A DNA stretch of 63,992 nucleotides, filler included, from Hausera hauseri (Eukaryota): assembly GCA_046269625.1 (NCBI GenBank). It is 12 parts of 12 records of this genome, joined end to end, with 100 filler letters (N's around TTAATTAATTAA, not from the genome) between each part and the next. Parts side by side here need not be neighbours in the genome. Positions count along the whole stretch, not along the records: positions 51,286 to 55,762 come from JBJURY010562673.1; positions 55,863 to 59,873 come from JBJURY010821861.1; positions 59,974 to 63,992 come from JBJURY010815643.1; 9 more parts are not named here. One strand, 5' to 3'. Position numbers and translations under genes: made by a program. The notes below the pieces were generated by a model, which was not told the origin of the DNA, made no database searches, and saw only the letters and a list, made by a program, of their open reading frames with translations. Positions 51,286-63,992 of this stretch are shown piece by piece (positions within the stretch are counted from its first letter, which is position 1; every line of letters starts with the position of its first letter).

Positions 51286-54200
51286 TCTTTTATATAATTG
51301 ATAATATCTTCATTCTGTGTTATTAGCTGTTGAAAATGGTGGTTAGGTTTTGGATCTTTCGCATAAATTGCTAAGTTTAGGTAAATTGTATCGTCCAAAT
51401 TTAACCATTTTTTTGTTTAGTCACAATTCTTCATAAAAATTTCATTCTCTCGTTTATCTTCTTGTAATCTTTTTCTTTCATATTTTTCTACTTGCCGAGC
51501 TAATGATAAGTGTGGTTTTGGTACGAATTTTTGAGGTTTATTTGATTCCGTTCCTGTACAACAGTTTTTATCTGTAAGGACGATTTTCTCTTTCGTGATC
51601 CGATAATAAAGGTTCATTAATTGATATTTCCGTCATTCTCGCTAAGGTTCGGCGTTTTATATACTTGGGTTTAATAGTTGGAATTTGCTCTGTTATAGTA
51701 TGTCCTTCAGTTGGAGTAGTCACTTCATCACCATTTGATCGTTCGGATGTCTTCATGAGGTACATTAGATTGGCCAAGACTAGTATTGACAACCAAATTG
51801 ACGAACTTTCTTGAGTAGTGTTTACCGTGGTGGGAGTAGCTTCGTCTGTTCCAAATAGTATGAATGGAATAATAGGTAATATTAATGTTGAGTAGGAAAA
51901 TCCATTATTAATTGTGTTGAACTGGTTTTTGTTTAATGATATCTGTTCTTTCACTTCACTTTCCTTGTTGGCAGGTTGAGATCCGTCTAGATTGACTTTA
52001 CTACTTTCAAACATGAATGATAGATCGTCTATATTCTCATATTCTTCCATTTTTGATAATTTTCTATTACAATGTAAACATAAGATACGTTCATTGAAGG
52101 CATTCAATCGTCGGAGATTCCTTGTCATATTTATTGTTATTTCTTCATCAGTATTTAGTTTCTTCTTGCGGATGTTTATTATCCTTTTCTTTCTCCTTTA
52201 AACGGCCTTGTTATTTCTTCATTTTCATTTAATTGGCAAAATATTAGATGGTACCGTATTGCATTTAGTTTACCTGAGAATCCACTTGCATTTACCGTAT
52301 CGAATTTGTCAATATCTGTATAATCCTCATGGGTCAATAAAGTATTCACATCTCGTTCCAAATAATCGTTCCATACTATTCGTTCTCCATCTTCTGCATA
52401 AAGTTTTATGTCTTCCCAAATAAGATCATCCTTTATAGCCTTGAGTGTGTATGTCATCCAACAACTAATCACATAAGCATATGTTTTAGAACCAATGTTT
52501 AACTCTTCACCATAATATCCGAATAAATCCAGACATCGATTAACTATCTTTAATATTCTTTTGGGAGATCTATTTGCTATCAATTTTGGAGAGAGTCTTT
52601 GAAGATAATTAATTATACAGGTTATAGTAAATGGTGATGGTTCCTTTTGCAGAAAACGAGTAATTGGCATACGCTCTGTGCGACTTCCGATAAATAGGGG
52701 TTGATATTTAGTTTTATCTTCGTATAATATACTTTCTTCATATGTTAGATCATGTTTTTCTATTAACCAATCAAATCAACGAAGACAACGTATTATCTGT
52801 AGTACAGAATAAATTTCTAATCGAGCCTTTATTAACGACTGCGTTTTGTACACATGGGTTAGTTACTTGATATTTCCATCACTTTGTTCCATGTCCCTAT
52901 CATAATTTTGGTTGGTTGCAGTTATATAGGTTGTAGCCGTATTTCCATTATAATTCTTCGTAATCAACGGAATCCTTGATAATATACTCTAGTTTGAAAG
53001 TCATCTCAGCGACTGGATTGTACGTCATCTATCGGAACCTTATAGGCCACATATAAGATACTAGATATTAGAAGTAGTTGGTATTCATGAGTTGATTTCT
53101 TAAAATCTATTTCTGTTTCCTGTCTTAGTCGATTTAAATATGATTCATATAGGATCATATATAATCCCACAAAGTCTCTTCTATATTTGTGTGGTAATTG
53201 GTCTATACTGCCCTGCAGTAGCAAACAGTAAATAATATCTCTACATTGTTCACTAGGTGTTTCCCGAAATATACGGAGTTTAGTAGTGGAATAATCATAA
53301 TAGAGTAAAGTAGTGTATTCGTTTTTTGGTTCGATATCGCCTAACCATTGTTCGGTTCTGTCTGCAATAATACGCAGATTTTTTATAGTGTTTGGAATGT
53401 CTTGCTGTTCTGGACATATAGTTACTAAATTGATCGGAAAGTGTAGGGGCTGATACACTAATCTATGCAGCACTCGGTCCATTTCTTCTCTTATCGATGG
53501 AAGGTTCGCTGGGTTTATTCCTAAGGTATTTACCAATCTAAAGTATGAAATTATCTGATTAGCCATTATATAATTATATCCCTCTATGGTATTTACTGCC
53601 TTTACTATAGTGGCTAGAATTGTATTGGTCTCAAGCGTTGTCATCTTTAATGTCATATCAAGATCTTCTCGTATTTCTTCTATTAGTTCTGGTGCTATTT
53701 CCTTCTTAGTTTTATATTGTTCCCATTCACTTCCTTTTTTATTTAATTCCTCCATAGCTTATTGTACGGATTTAAGTAACTTCTTCCATTCATTGACATT
53801 AATGTAGTTTTTCTGAAATATCTCTTTAGGGCAGCTATATTTCCCTTTCTTCCAAGGAGGTTTGTATGTAGGATCAATAATTTTCCAACCTTCCCTTTGT
53901 TTTGGATATGGTATTCTTTTTCTATATGAGAAGATTATTAGTGAGATACATTTTCCATCCTATGTTTTTTCAACATATACATTAAACTAAAGAGATCCTC
54001 ATTGGATAGTGTTTGTTTGCAATATTGCTTCTCGTGTGATAGCTGGTCAAATAAAGAATTCGGAAACACATTTTGTGTGTATCCCAGTTCGTTCTCATTC
54101 ATCACTGTTTCGTTCGTCAATTCTCCTTCTTTCATTGCATGTTCTATCATTTCTAACATTTCAGAGGCCACCTTCTGTGATGGCCGGTATTCGCTTTCGT

Positions 54201-55762
54201 GCGAATTCCTTTTACGGATGAAATCTTCACGTTCCTTTTTGAACGGTTGATCGTCGATCCGATAGCGTAAAGCATTTAGATTGCCTGATAATTCTTTTGC
54301 ATTTACTTGTTCTAATTGACTATTTTATTTGTTATCTTCCTTCGTTAAGGGTGTATCTACATTTCTACATAAATAACTATTCCACAATATTCGAGCTTCT
54401 TCCTTTTCCATTTCTTCTATTTCCTCTTTTCTTAATTCATCTTTTATTGTCATTAGTGTATATGTTAACCAACAATTAATTACAAATGAATTGGGCGTTG
54501 ATTTATTTACTAACTCTCCCCCGAATTTTTTATATAGACCGATACACTTTTCTCCCAATTTCTTGGACTTTTCCTGTGTTACATAGTTATCACATAATGG
54601 GGATTTGTTGTAATAAAGTCAGTATATTTGTGACGGGAATTAGTTGTGTCTCTTCGCTCAAGATATTGGTGAGAAGAATTCGTTCTTGAGTACTACCGAC
54701 AAATAGGGGTTCATATCTTATCACATTTCCATAGTCAAAACAGTCTGATATAGTTGATGCTTCGTCGTCAATTGTTAACTGGTGCTTATGAAATTCCCAG
54801 TCATTTGTGTGCATATAATATATCAATTCTGATGGGGAAGATATTTGATTTAATTGCGTTTCGCCAATTTCCTTTAAGGTTTCCACTAATTTGTCGTAAT
54901 ATAGGTATTTTTTATCGATCGATTACTGTAAAGAAATTGGAAGGGTGATTCCATAGTATTTACATAGTGTTCACTTGGTGCTAAATTTACATTATTAGTA
55001 TTACTAGGTGTTTCAGGTTTTCATTTTCTGAAATACTTGTTCCATAGTGAGTCTGGGACTCTTATTATCTTTAGAAATCCGTTTGATTCGTCATCGTCAT
55101 TGCGATCTGATAGTTTACTTAACATAAATAATGAAAGTATTCATAATAATATCGAGGTCCATGAAGGACTATGGTACCGAGATGTAGTCTCAGCTGCATC
55201 GGCTATGTTAATCATGGACAGAAAACATATTCCCAGAAGGAATAACTTTCCTAATGAAAATGTAGAATAACTTTTTATTCCTGAGGATTCCTGTTTCTTA
55301 TCCTTTTCCTGAAAGTCTTGGATATGCATTGCTCTTGTTTCATTTGCAATTTCATCCAAATATATGATATAATTTCCAGCATATTTATACTTAATCAATT
55401 TTCATCCACTCTTCTGGAGGAAGGTTATTGTTTAAAGGTTGTCCCATTCTTCTATTCCAATCTCGGTTTACTTCTTCTACTCCGTTGATNNNNNNNNNNC
55501 TAAATAACTCAGGAATTGTATAATATACTTCTTCACAACTTATCTTAATTAGAAGTTAATCTAATGAAGTCAGCGTATTAAATCTAATTTTAAGTCTTCG
55601 CATATTACTTTTATTATAGGTCTATATTGTTCGTCTGTTATTCCGAACTTTTCGTGATGTTTACCAAGAAAGTCTCTTAGTTCCATTACACTGTTTATTT
55701 GTCCCTTGACTAATGGCTGTGCATGATTAATCCGTTCTGGGGTAGCTAATAGAAAATTCGCC
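51286..55762 (-). pseudogene. Decayed orphan polyprotein with an internal domain duplication and hydrophobic signal-like segments
   Basis: Co-oriented, A-rich ORF pieces without evident introns cover the contig. Repeat units at ~52245-52710 and ~54260-54715. Confidence 0.55.
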
Positions 55763-55862
55763 NNNNNNNNNNNNNNNNNNNNNNNNNNNNNNNNNNNNNN
55801 NNNNNNTTAATTAATTAANNNNNNNNNNNNNNNNNNNNNNNNNNNNNNNNNNNNNNNNNNNN

Positions 55863-56323
55863 TCAAAGGACATCTCAACATGTGTTCTCACTTATGTCCT
55901 GTCTAAAAGTATTTATGCTTCAACAAACTGCTGCAGCACACTGAGGACAGGTTAGAAAAACCTCACATAAATACAAACTTTACAAATATAAATAAAAACA
56001 AATATTGTTTGTCAGCTGATCTGTGTAAAAGACCAGCAACCAACAGTTGAATTGTTTTAAAGTGATAGTAGATTTAATACAAAACTAAAACATTAAGTAG
56101 TGCATTAAACATGTAGCATTCTTTTTACTTTATTCATTTCTTTAAAAATAACAAATTGATATACAATAATAATACAAATTACAAATAAAAAGAAAGGCAG
56201 TAAAAAGAAGAAAAAAATCTTATAATATCCTGCGTCTTTTTTCAAACAGATTTTAATTGGTTGTTTAAAGGTAATATGCATTTGTGAGCCTTATACATAA
56301 CCTGTAAAATATTATAATCAACC
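55863..56323. repeat. Left arm of a ~460-bp inverted duplication
   Basis: Reverse complement of 59415-59873 with scattered mismatches. Confidence 0.9.
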
Positions 56324-56860
56324 AACTCATAGAATTTCACTAATAGATAAAATAATCTATTTGATGGGTGACTGCAGTGTTTTCTGGTGATATTTCTTAC
56401 AGCTGTTTTCTGTAAAACAAAAACAGGCTTTATAACAGTTTTACACACTTTCCCCCAGACTTCAATACAATGGATTAAGTGTGGAACTATTATTGCATTA
56501 TACAACATATACAGAGCTTTATTATTGAATAACACAATTACTTTGTACAGCACTGCTATAGATTTAGCTGTTTTTGTTCTTAAATAATTTGTGATTTTTT
56601 CCATGTCAGCTTTTCATCAATAACACCCAGAAACTTCACCTCACTGACTCTACAGGTCAACACTCTACAGGTCAACACTCTACAGATCAACACTCCACAG
56701 ATCAACACATCAACTCTAAATGGAACATCAAGTTCTCTTTCTATTAACTGAATATCATGTAGTTTTCACAAGTTCTGTCTGCAGCATCTCCAATATCCAT
56801 TTTATATCTTTACCCAAACAAAAAAATGTGGTATCATCTGTAAATAGAACACATTTAAAT
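56242..56860 (-). mobile_element. Non-LTR retrotransposon (CR1/L2-group) RT C-terminal remnant
   Basis: LFTDDT; FLGVIDEKLTW; LYNAIIVPHLIHCIEVWG; LQKTAVRNI. Confidence 0.75.
56648..56715 (+). repeat. 15-bp tandem minisatellite (CTCTACAGRTCAACA, about 4 copies)
   Basis: Directly visible. Confidence 0.85.
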
Positions 56861-59414
56861 AATTTTAAAGTCTGCGAATCACAATTTTGTTGATAGTAAC
56901 GTTCTATATCTGTTTGTGTTTCTGCTGTTTTCAGTGAGAGAAGAAAATCTGTTCATCCACACAGAACCTGCAGGCAGAGCATCCTACACCTGCCACACCC
57001 TGAAGAGGTCAAAGGTCATCTGAACAGCTGCATCTTGTTCTAATACACAGTTTGAACTTTAATATCATGGTCTGTTCTTCAGCAGTCCTGACTGGCCACA
57101 CTGCACAGAGTCAATGATTTTAAGAAAGGCATTTATTGTAAAAGTTTTATATTTAGAATGTTTTTAAGTTCAGTTAGTTCAAAACTGTTTTGTTGAACAC
57201 ATCACTGAGCTTTAACCATTTATTCAAAATTATCACAACAGTAAAGGTCACCTTTTTATATCACTATGTTCAAAAGTTTTGTTTAAAATTCACATGAGCT
57301 AAACTTTAGCTTGTTTAGTCATTTACTGATTATATTTCAGACTTTGACTTTTCTGTACATCATTTCATATTCCTAACCAAACTGAAGTTAGTTTAGCTGT
57401 AAGTTCAGCTTGTTGTGTTTTTATTCCTTTCTATAAAACTTTAAAGGACTGTTATTTGTTGTTGTACAGTTGTTAATTATTTGTTTAAATTGATAGAAAT
57501 CACAGATCATGATTCTCTTTGAGAAAGACAAAATACTTCTGAACTGACTTCCTGTAACTGATATAATCTGACAAGTGTCAACATGTTTAAAGCTCTGCTG
57601 CAGACGAGGATTAATCTTCAGAAATACAGCAACATTACAGACATTTATATTGTAAATTTAACCCAAAAAACCTAAAACAAGCCTTGATCAGTATTGTCAA
57701 ATGTTAGAAGTTTCTTCATGTGAGACATTTAAAACCTTTATCAAATTATTACTGCTAACTTTTTAATAAGTGATAAATGTAAATAAAGGCTGTACAAAGT
57801 AACACTGAACAGTTCAGTTTTTGGTTTTGCTATAAAAACATGTTTAGAACAATGAAATATAAGTATAATAAAGATTAAAGATTTGTAGTACGTAGTGTAG
57901 ACCAGTGTGAATCAGACAGGTTTCACTAAATTGTTAAGAAATAAGTATTTTATCACGTGTCCGTTTACTTTATGCCTGTTCAGAACGAGATAGCAAATAC
58001 ACCAAGAACATGAATCAATCTTTGAATGTGTAAAAACCAGAGTCACACAACTGTATCAGCGCTGGACTGAAACCTGAGCTTTATTCATCACCCTGGAGTC
58101 AGTCCCTTGACCCGGAAGTCAATGCCTTTTTAACACTTTCTTCAGGATCTGACCCAGCCTCTTCCTTTTGCATCATTGGGGGCCGTCTACAGGTCAGAGC
58201 CAGATCTTCACACAGAACCTCTTATCCTAATGTTAAAATCATCAGTATGATGTGTTGAATCGTGGTCAGGCATGTAGGTAATAGCTGCACCTCCTGGTGT
58301 ATACTAAATCATTAATGAATCATGACAAAATAATCACACATTAGATATAAAAATACATCCTTCACCTAAGAAAGAATACAGATTATGTGATGCTTTTAAA
58401 GATCAGTTAGTAAACACATTTCAATAAATTTCTTCAAAATTATCCTCATCACAATTTATTCCTGTTCAGAAAAATGAACACAAGCTGCTTCTGTGTCTGA
58501 CAGTTCAAATATCACATTATAGCATCACAAATACTATAAACATGTTTGGGAAACAAGAAATGATTTATTGATTTTATATGAACAAAAACATTTTTATGAC
58601 AAACTAAAACTTTCAGTATATCTAATAATAAAGAAAACATTAAAATACATCAGAGCTCAGTTACAACAAACTCAGTCACATGTTCCATGATGGTTGTGTT
58701 CCTTCATGAGGTCGTACTTATTTAGTCCATGTTTCATACATCACTTCATACATGTAGTCACGTGTGGCACATGAACTGTGCAACTGTCAGAGGGTTGTGG
58801 GTAAATAATTATCTGCATGAAGATCTGTTGATGTTGTTAGGTCCACAGCAGCACTCAGTTTGATATCAGGACCCTGCTGATGGGCTCACTGGGGATAAAG
58901 CCACAGATTGTCCAGTCTGAGTGGAACGAGTTCATCCTGTAAGACATTTAGCCAAAGAAAAGTTACATGTCCAAATTATGTTAGCATGAAACATAAGCAA
59001 GCTTTCCTTTATTCCTATTTTATTTACAACGTATTTGACCATTTGTTTAATGTACTTCCTGAATAAAAAGTAAAAAAAAAAACTTTTTCTTGTTACGCAC
59101 TTCTTAAGAACCCATATATGTCTCCAAAAATCATAATGTTTTACTTTCACTGAAAAAACAATCTTTGAATGCAAACATGTTCTATAAAAACACAAAATCA
59201 AACTGGACCCAACATGAATTCAATGTCAAAATTAGTTCTTTATTGACTTTTAAAATTTATATAAAATATATATATATATTTTATTTTATTTTTACAGGTC
59301 TCAGTATTATTATATTAGTTCATATTAGGTTTGAGTAAATGGACATGTCCAACTTAAACAGAGGAGTCCAGACACCAATCTATTGCAGTACTGTACAAAG
59401 TAAGGGTGTTATAA

Positions 59415-59873
59415 GGTTGATTATAATATTTTACAGGTTATGTATAAAGCTCACAAATGCATATTACCTTTAAACAACCAATTACAATTTGTTTGAAAAA
59501 GGCGCAGATATAAGATGTTTTTCTTCTTTCTACTGCCTTTCATTTTATTTGTGATTTGTATTTTTATTGTATATCAATTTATTGTTATTTTTAAAGAAAT
59601 TAATAAAGTACAAAGAATGCAACATATTGAATGTACTACTTAATGTTTTAGTTTTTTATTAAATCTACTATCACTTTAAAACAATTCAACTGTTCGTTGC
59701 TGGTCTTTTACACAGACCAGCTGACAAACAATATTTGTTTTTATTTATATCTGTAAAGTTTGTATTTATGTGAGGTTTTTCTAACATGTCCTCAGAGTGC
59801 TGCAGCAGTTTGTTGAAGCATAAATACTTTTAGACAGGACATAAGTGAGAACACATGTTGAGATGTCCTTTGA
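59415..59873. repeat. Right arm of the inverted duplication
   Basis: Reverse complement of 55863-56323. Confidence 0.9.
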
Positions 59874-60104
59874 NNNNNNNNNNNNNNNNNNNNNNNNNNN
59901 NNNNNNNNNNNNNNNNNTTAATTAATTAANNNNNNNNNNNNNNNNNNNNNNNNNNNNNNNNNNNNNNNNNNNNCACAAAACTTTTCCACAGTATTAAAAT
60001 ATTCTACAGCTGAAAAAGCATTCAATTTAAATGACAAGATATCTGGTTGAAACATTTTCATAAGTGACACTTACACAGCGGTATTTATAGAAATTTAAAC
60101 AAAG

Positions 60105-60340
60105 TGTGGTGGGAATAGTGAAACCCGCTCTGCAGCAAAATGCTTTGTTCTAGGGGATAGTAATAGTGAAGCTACAATCAAGCCAGAATGCTTTGTTCCA
60201 GGGGGTGGGAATAGTAAAACCACGATCACGCCAGAAATTTCTTTGTTCGCTACCAAAATTTAAACAATAAGGGGGTGGGAATAGTGAAATCCAATCTGCT
60301 CCAGAAATCCCTTTGTTCACTACCAAAATTTAAACAAACT
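60105..60340 (+). repeat. Degenerate tandem repeat (4 units, GGTGGGAATAGTGAAA...CCAGAA..CTTTGTTC)
   Basis: Directly visible units of about 45-70 bp. Confidence 0.7.
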
Positions 60341-60489
60341 TTTTACGCGCCAAATTCAAAATTTTAAACCCGACTGTGTGTCTTCTATCTCCGCCCTATT
60401 ATTTGTGTATGTGTGTATCACTTTTTCTACACTATGACTCATCCTGAGCCACTTCTTTTCTCCTTCCTTCGGAGGGGGGTTGGTGTCAT

Positions 60490-61335
60490 ATGCTCACATC
60501 CTACTACTGTTGGTAATGGTCCAACTACTTCAACGCCTATACAGACGAATGGTAATGCTAAAACTGGTACTGGTTTTAATGGTGTTTTTCTTGCTTGAAA
60601 ATTTCCTTTTCTTTTTGAACAAACTTGACAATTTGTACACCAATCTTTCACGTGATCTGCTATCTTTGGTCAGTAAGATTTTTGCTTAAGTCTGCCTAGT
60701 GTAGCTTTATAGCCTCAATGTCCGCCGAGTTGTCCATCATAGTAATGTAGTAAAAGTTTTGCGTGCGTGTTTGGGCACAACCATGAGTAAATCTTCACTC
60801 TCCTGATAGATGTTTCCCTTATCCATTTTATATTTATTTTTGCTCCCTTCTTTTTTTGGACTATTACGGATTTTACGAATTTCTTCATCCTTTGCTTCTT
60901 CTTTAGCCATAGTTTCGTGCGTGATTGGTATAGTCAGTAATATGTGCATCTCTTTGTTGACTTCTGCATTATCCACTTCATCTATCATAGTCTGAATTAG
61001 GACAATCATTTTGTAATTCTAGTATAAGATGTATTCCACTAATGGACCTTTGTAGTCACTGTTTTATACTTCGTTGATTATCTTTGTTAAGTATTTGAAG
61101 AATCATACTTATGAGTTGGTCTGTATCCTTTGTGCGTTTCTTTCGTGTTGCTTTGAGTATACTTGGATGAACTTTCTGAAAATAATATTCCTTTAAGTAA
61201 TGTATATCATCGTAATCGGGGTTGTTGTGATCGTTATAGTCTTGATCGATGTCACTTTCCTGAAATCTTGATAGAAAGTCTGCATTAGCGTTTGCTTTTC
61301 CTTGTCGGTATTTTATTCATATTTCTAAGTCTTGG
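60490..61335 (-). mobile_element. Gypsy family B fragment (RNase H end to integrase N-terminus)
   Basis: KYRQGKANANADFLSR; WCTNCQVC; PFVCIGVEVVGPLP. Confidence 0.8.
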
Positions 61336-63992
61336 CATGCAAAGTAACTTGACAAATTAAGAAATGAACTTCGTCTAGCCTCAGAGCTAGAACAACAGTT
61401 ACAAGCCTTTATTAAGTTAACAGTGGAAGAATATCTTGTTAAATATAAATTATTAAGAAAGAAAGCCAGACAACACTTCGAGCCAGAAGCACCAACATAC
61501 TATAAACCCGAGCCTATTGATGAATTTCCAGAATATTCTGATTACACAGAAATGAAAGTCATGTCCATGCATGACCTTCCAATGGCAAGAGATTTGGATG
61601 AATATGCTTGCTTACCAAGTACTTCTTAACCACCAAATGTTATCCGACAATATAATACTACGGATACTCGACGGAATAATACAAAAATTCATTTTTATGA
61701 CTTAAACTACTATACTAACAGGAAGTAACCCCTACGTTCGAGTACGATTTAAAGGATTAAATATTATGGCAATACTATATACTGGTGCATCTGTGTCAAT
61801 GATTCGACATTCATACTTGACTGACGATCAAAAAGGAACAATCATGCCTAGCGATATATTAATAGCAGCTGCTAATTCCACACAAGTGCAATTTCTAGGA
61901 AAAATAAACATTAAAATAAGAATCAATAATAATCTACACACCATCATCTTGTTTGTGGTGGACAATAAAATATTGCTAGTATCCTTAGTAATAGGAATGG
62001 ATGTATTGTCTCAAATTGCGGGACTTTTAATGCATCTATCAACCAAAACTCTTAAATACACGATGATCAACTTGCCAATTGAGGAAATCAGCATGACCTT
62101 GACTCAAGACGTTATTATCAAACCACAATAGCAGATAGTGGTAATGCTAACAATACCACCGCAATACCACAAGCAAACTTATATGTTTGAGCCGAATTTA
62201 TATAATAATGAAAATATAAGATACTACAATATCCCTTATTTGTACCAAAATGGGTACAATGTTTAAAATTGCCAATAGAAAGCATCAATAGAAAGGCTAT
62301 CAGGTTACGGCAAAGCCTTAATTTAGGACAGTTACAACGAGCTAAAGTATGAGCTGCACGGTTTCTGGTAGAGGACGATAATATCAAGTTTAAAGAATGT
62401 GAATTAACCCCATACCAATTGAAAAAACTTGCAATTACTCCACAAATATCGCTATATTGTAGCTATAAATGATAATGACATTGGTAGATCTAACGTCATT
62501 CAGCATCACATAATAACAGAGAACACCTATCCAATTAAACAAAATCCGTACAGAATGTCTGAAGTTTAGAAGGAAGAATGTGATAGATAAATAGCACAAA
62601 TGGTCGAATACGGTACTATTAGACCTAGTTATTCATCATGGACGTCTTCAGTAGTATTAGTGCAGAAAAAAAGACGGAGCACAACCATTTTGTGTAGATT
62701 TTAGAGCATTAAATAATGTTACAAAAAAGGATAATTACCCATTACCAAAGATAGATGAGATGCTTATAACCTTGAGAAATGCCGCAATAGTCACCACCCT
62801 AGATTTACAATGTGGATTCTAGCAAGTCGAAGTAGCCGAAGAAAATAAGAATAAAACAGCCTTTTCTACTAGAACTGGATTATGGGAATTTAATGTTATG
62901 CATTTTGATTTGACAGGAGGACCCGCTACATTTCAATGGTGTATGAATTTTGTATTTCAAGGGCTAACTTGTTGTATGGTATACATAGATAACGTAATAA
63001 AATTTTACGAAAACTTCGATTAACACTTAAAAGATATTTCACAAGTATTTAAATCATTGAAACAAGCCCATTTAAAAATCAAGTTGAAAAGTTCGAATTT
63101 GCAAAAAATACTGTCGCGTGCCTTGGACACATAGTGTCAAATAAGGGAATTCAACATGATCCTAGAAACGTAGAGAAGCTCAAGAAACTAAATCCACCCA
63201 AATGTTTTAAGGAGTTACAAAGACGGTTGGGAATGGTTAATTATTATAGGAAGTTTTTATATAATTTTGCAAGTATAGGTAAACCACTAGTAGAATTAAC
63301 CAAGAAAGGAGTAACATGGAATTGGGAAGAATCACATCAGAAAGCATTCGAGGTTTTGAAACAAATTCTTACTTCACTTCCAATAATACAATTTTCTGAC
63401 CCCAAATATCCATACATAATAATGACCGATTCCAGAGGTTACGCTATAGGTCAATATTAGGACAATCGGTTCCTGACAGACCACGTAAAGGAATAATAGC
63501 ATGTCTCAGTAAAATATTAAGTGAAACACAACGCAGGTGGTCAACAATCGAGCGAGAATGCTACGCCATAGTATATGCTTTTCGATACTTCAGATATTAT
63601 ATAACCGGATGAGAAATAATCCTATACACTGATCAAAAGCTGTTACAGTGGTTGATGAAACAACGAAATACCAGCCGAAAATTAATGAAATGGGCTGTAG
63701 AAATTCAAGATTTAGAAATCTCTGTAAAATACCGACAAGGGAAAGCGAAAGCTAATGCAGACTTTTTATCAAGACTTCAGGAAAGTGACGTCGATAAAGA
63801 CTATAACAAAGTAATACGAAAGAAATGCACAAAGGATTCAGACCAACTTACAAGTATGATTATTCAAACACTTAACAAAGATAATCAACAAAATACAAAA
63901 CAAAGTAACTACAAAGATCCATTAGTGGAAGAAATCTTACACGAGTATTATAAAATGATTGACCTAATTCAGACCATGATAGATAAAGTAGA
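61336..63992 (+). mobile_element. Gypsy family B fragment (spacer, PR, RT, RNase H), decayed
   Basis: ILYTGASVS (catalytic D>Y); FCVDFRALN..TKKDNYPLP; YIDN; MTDSRGYAIG; ERECYA; ADFLSR. Confidence 0.9.

Noticed and set aside
51286-51440. Start of a second chuviral glycoprotein (NCD...)
   Set aside because: In-frame translation lacks the downstream cysteine pattern.

Overview
Not a contiguous locus: 12 short eukaryotic (animal-type) contigs joined by artificial 100-bp N spacers carrying TTAATTAATTAA. Most of the content is transposable and viral elements. (1) A decayed BEL/Pao retrotransposon whose Gag carries a ubiquitin domain ending LRLKGG and has CCCH fingers. (2) An ISL2EU/Harbinger-type transposase remnant. 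(3) A Polinton/adintovirus-like fragment (packaging ATPase, integrase-chromodomain, two penton-like genes) that also encodes a divergent TATA-binding protein. (4) The best candidate for a new system: an LTR element (about 760-bp LTR, tRNA-Arg-type PBS) with one intact ORF of over 2,200 codons. It fuses a Ty3/Gypsy-type Gag, a long helical spacer, a ubiquitin-like domain, an AT-hook, an internal signal peptide and a chuvirus-like envelope glycoprotein, with no protease, RT, RNase H or integrase in the sequenced part. It is inserted into a Tc3-like transposon. (5) Three copies of a Gypsy family with LTRs of about 130 bp. (6) Disrupted host genes (SMG7, TMEM245, tetraspanin, MANSC, ENDOV, RING). 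(7) An orphan decayed polyprotein with an internal domain duplication, a LINE remnant in an inverted duplication, and further Gypsy pol fragments. All family assignments come from motif recognition by eye; no searches were run.
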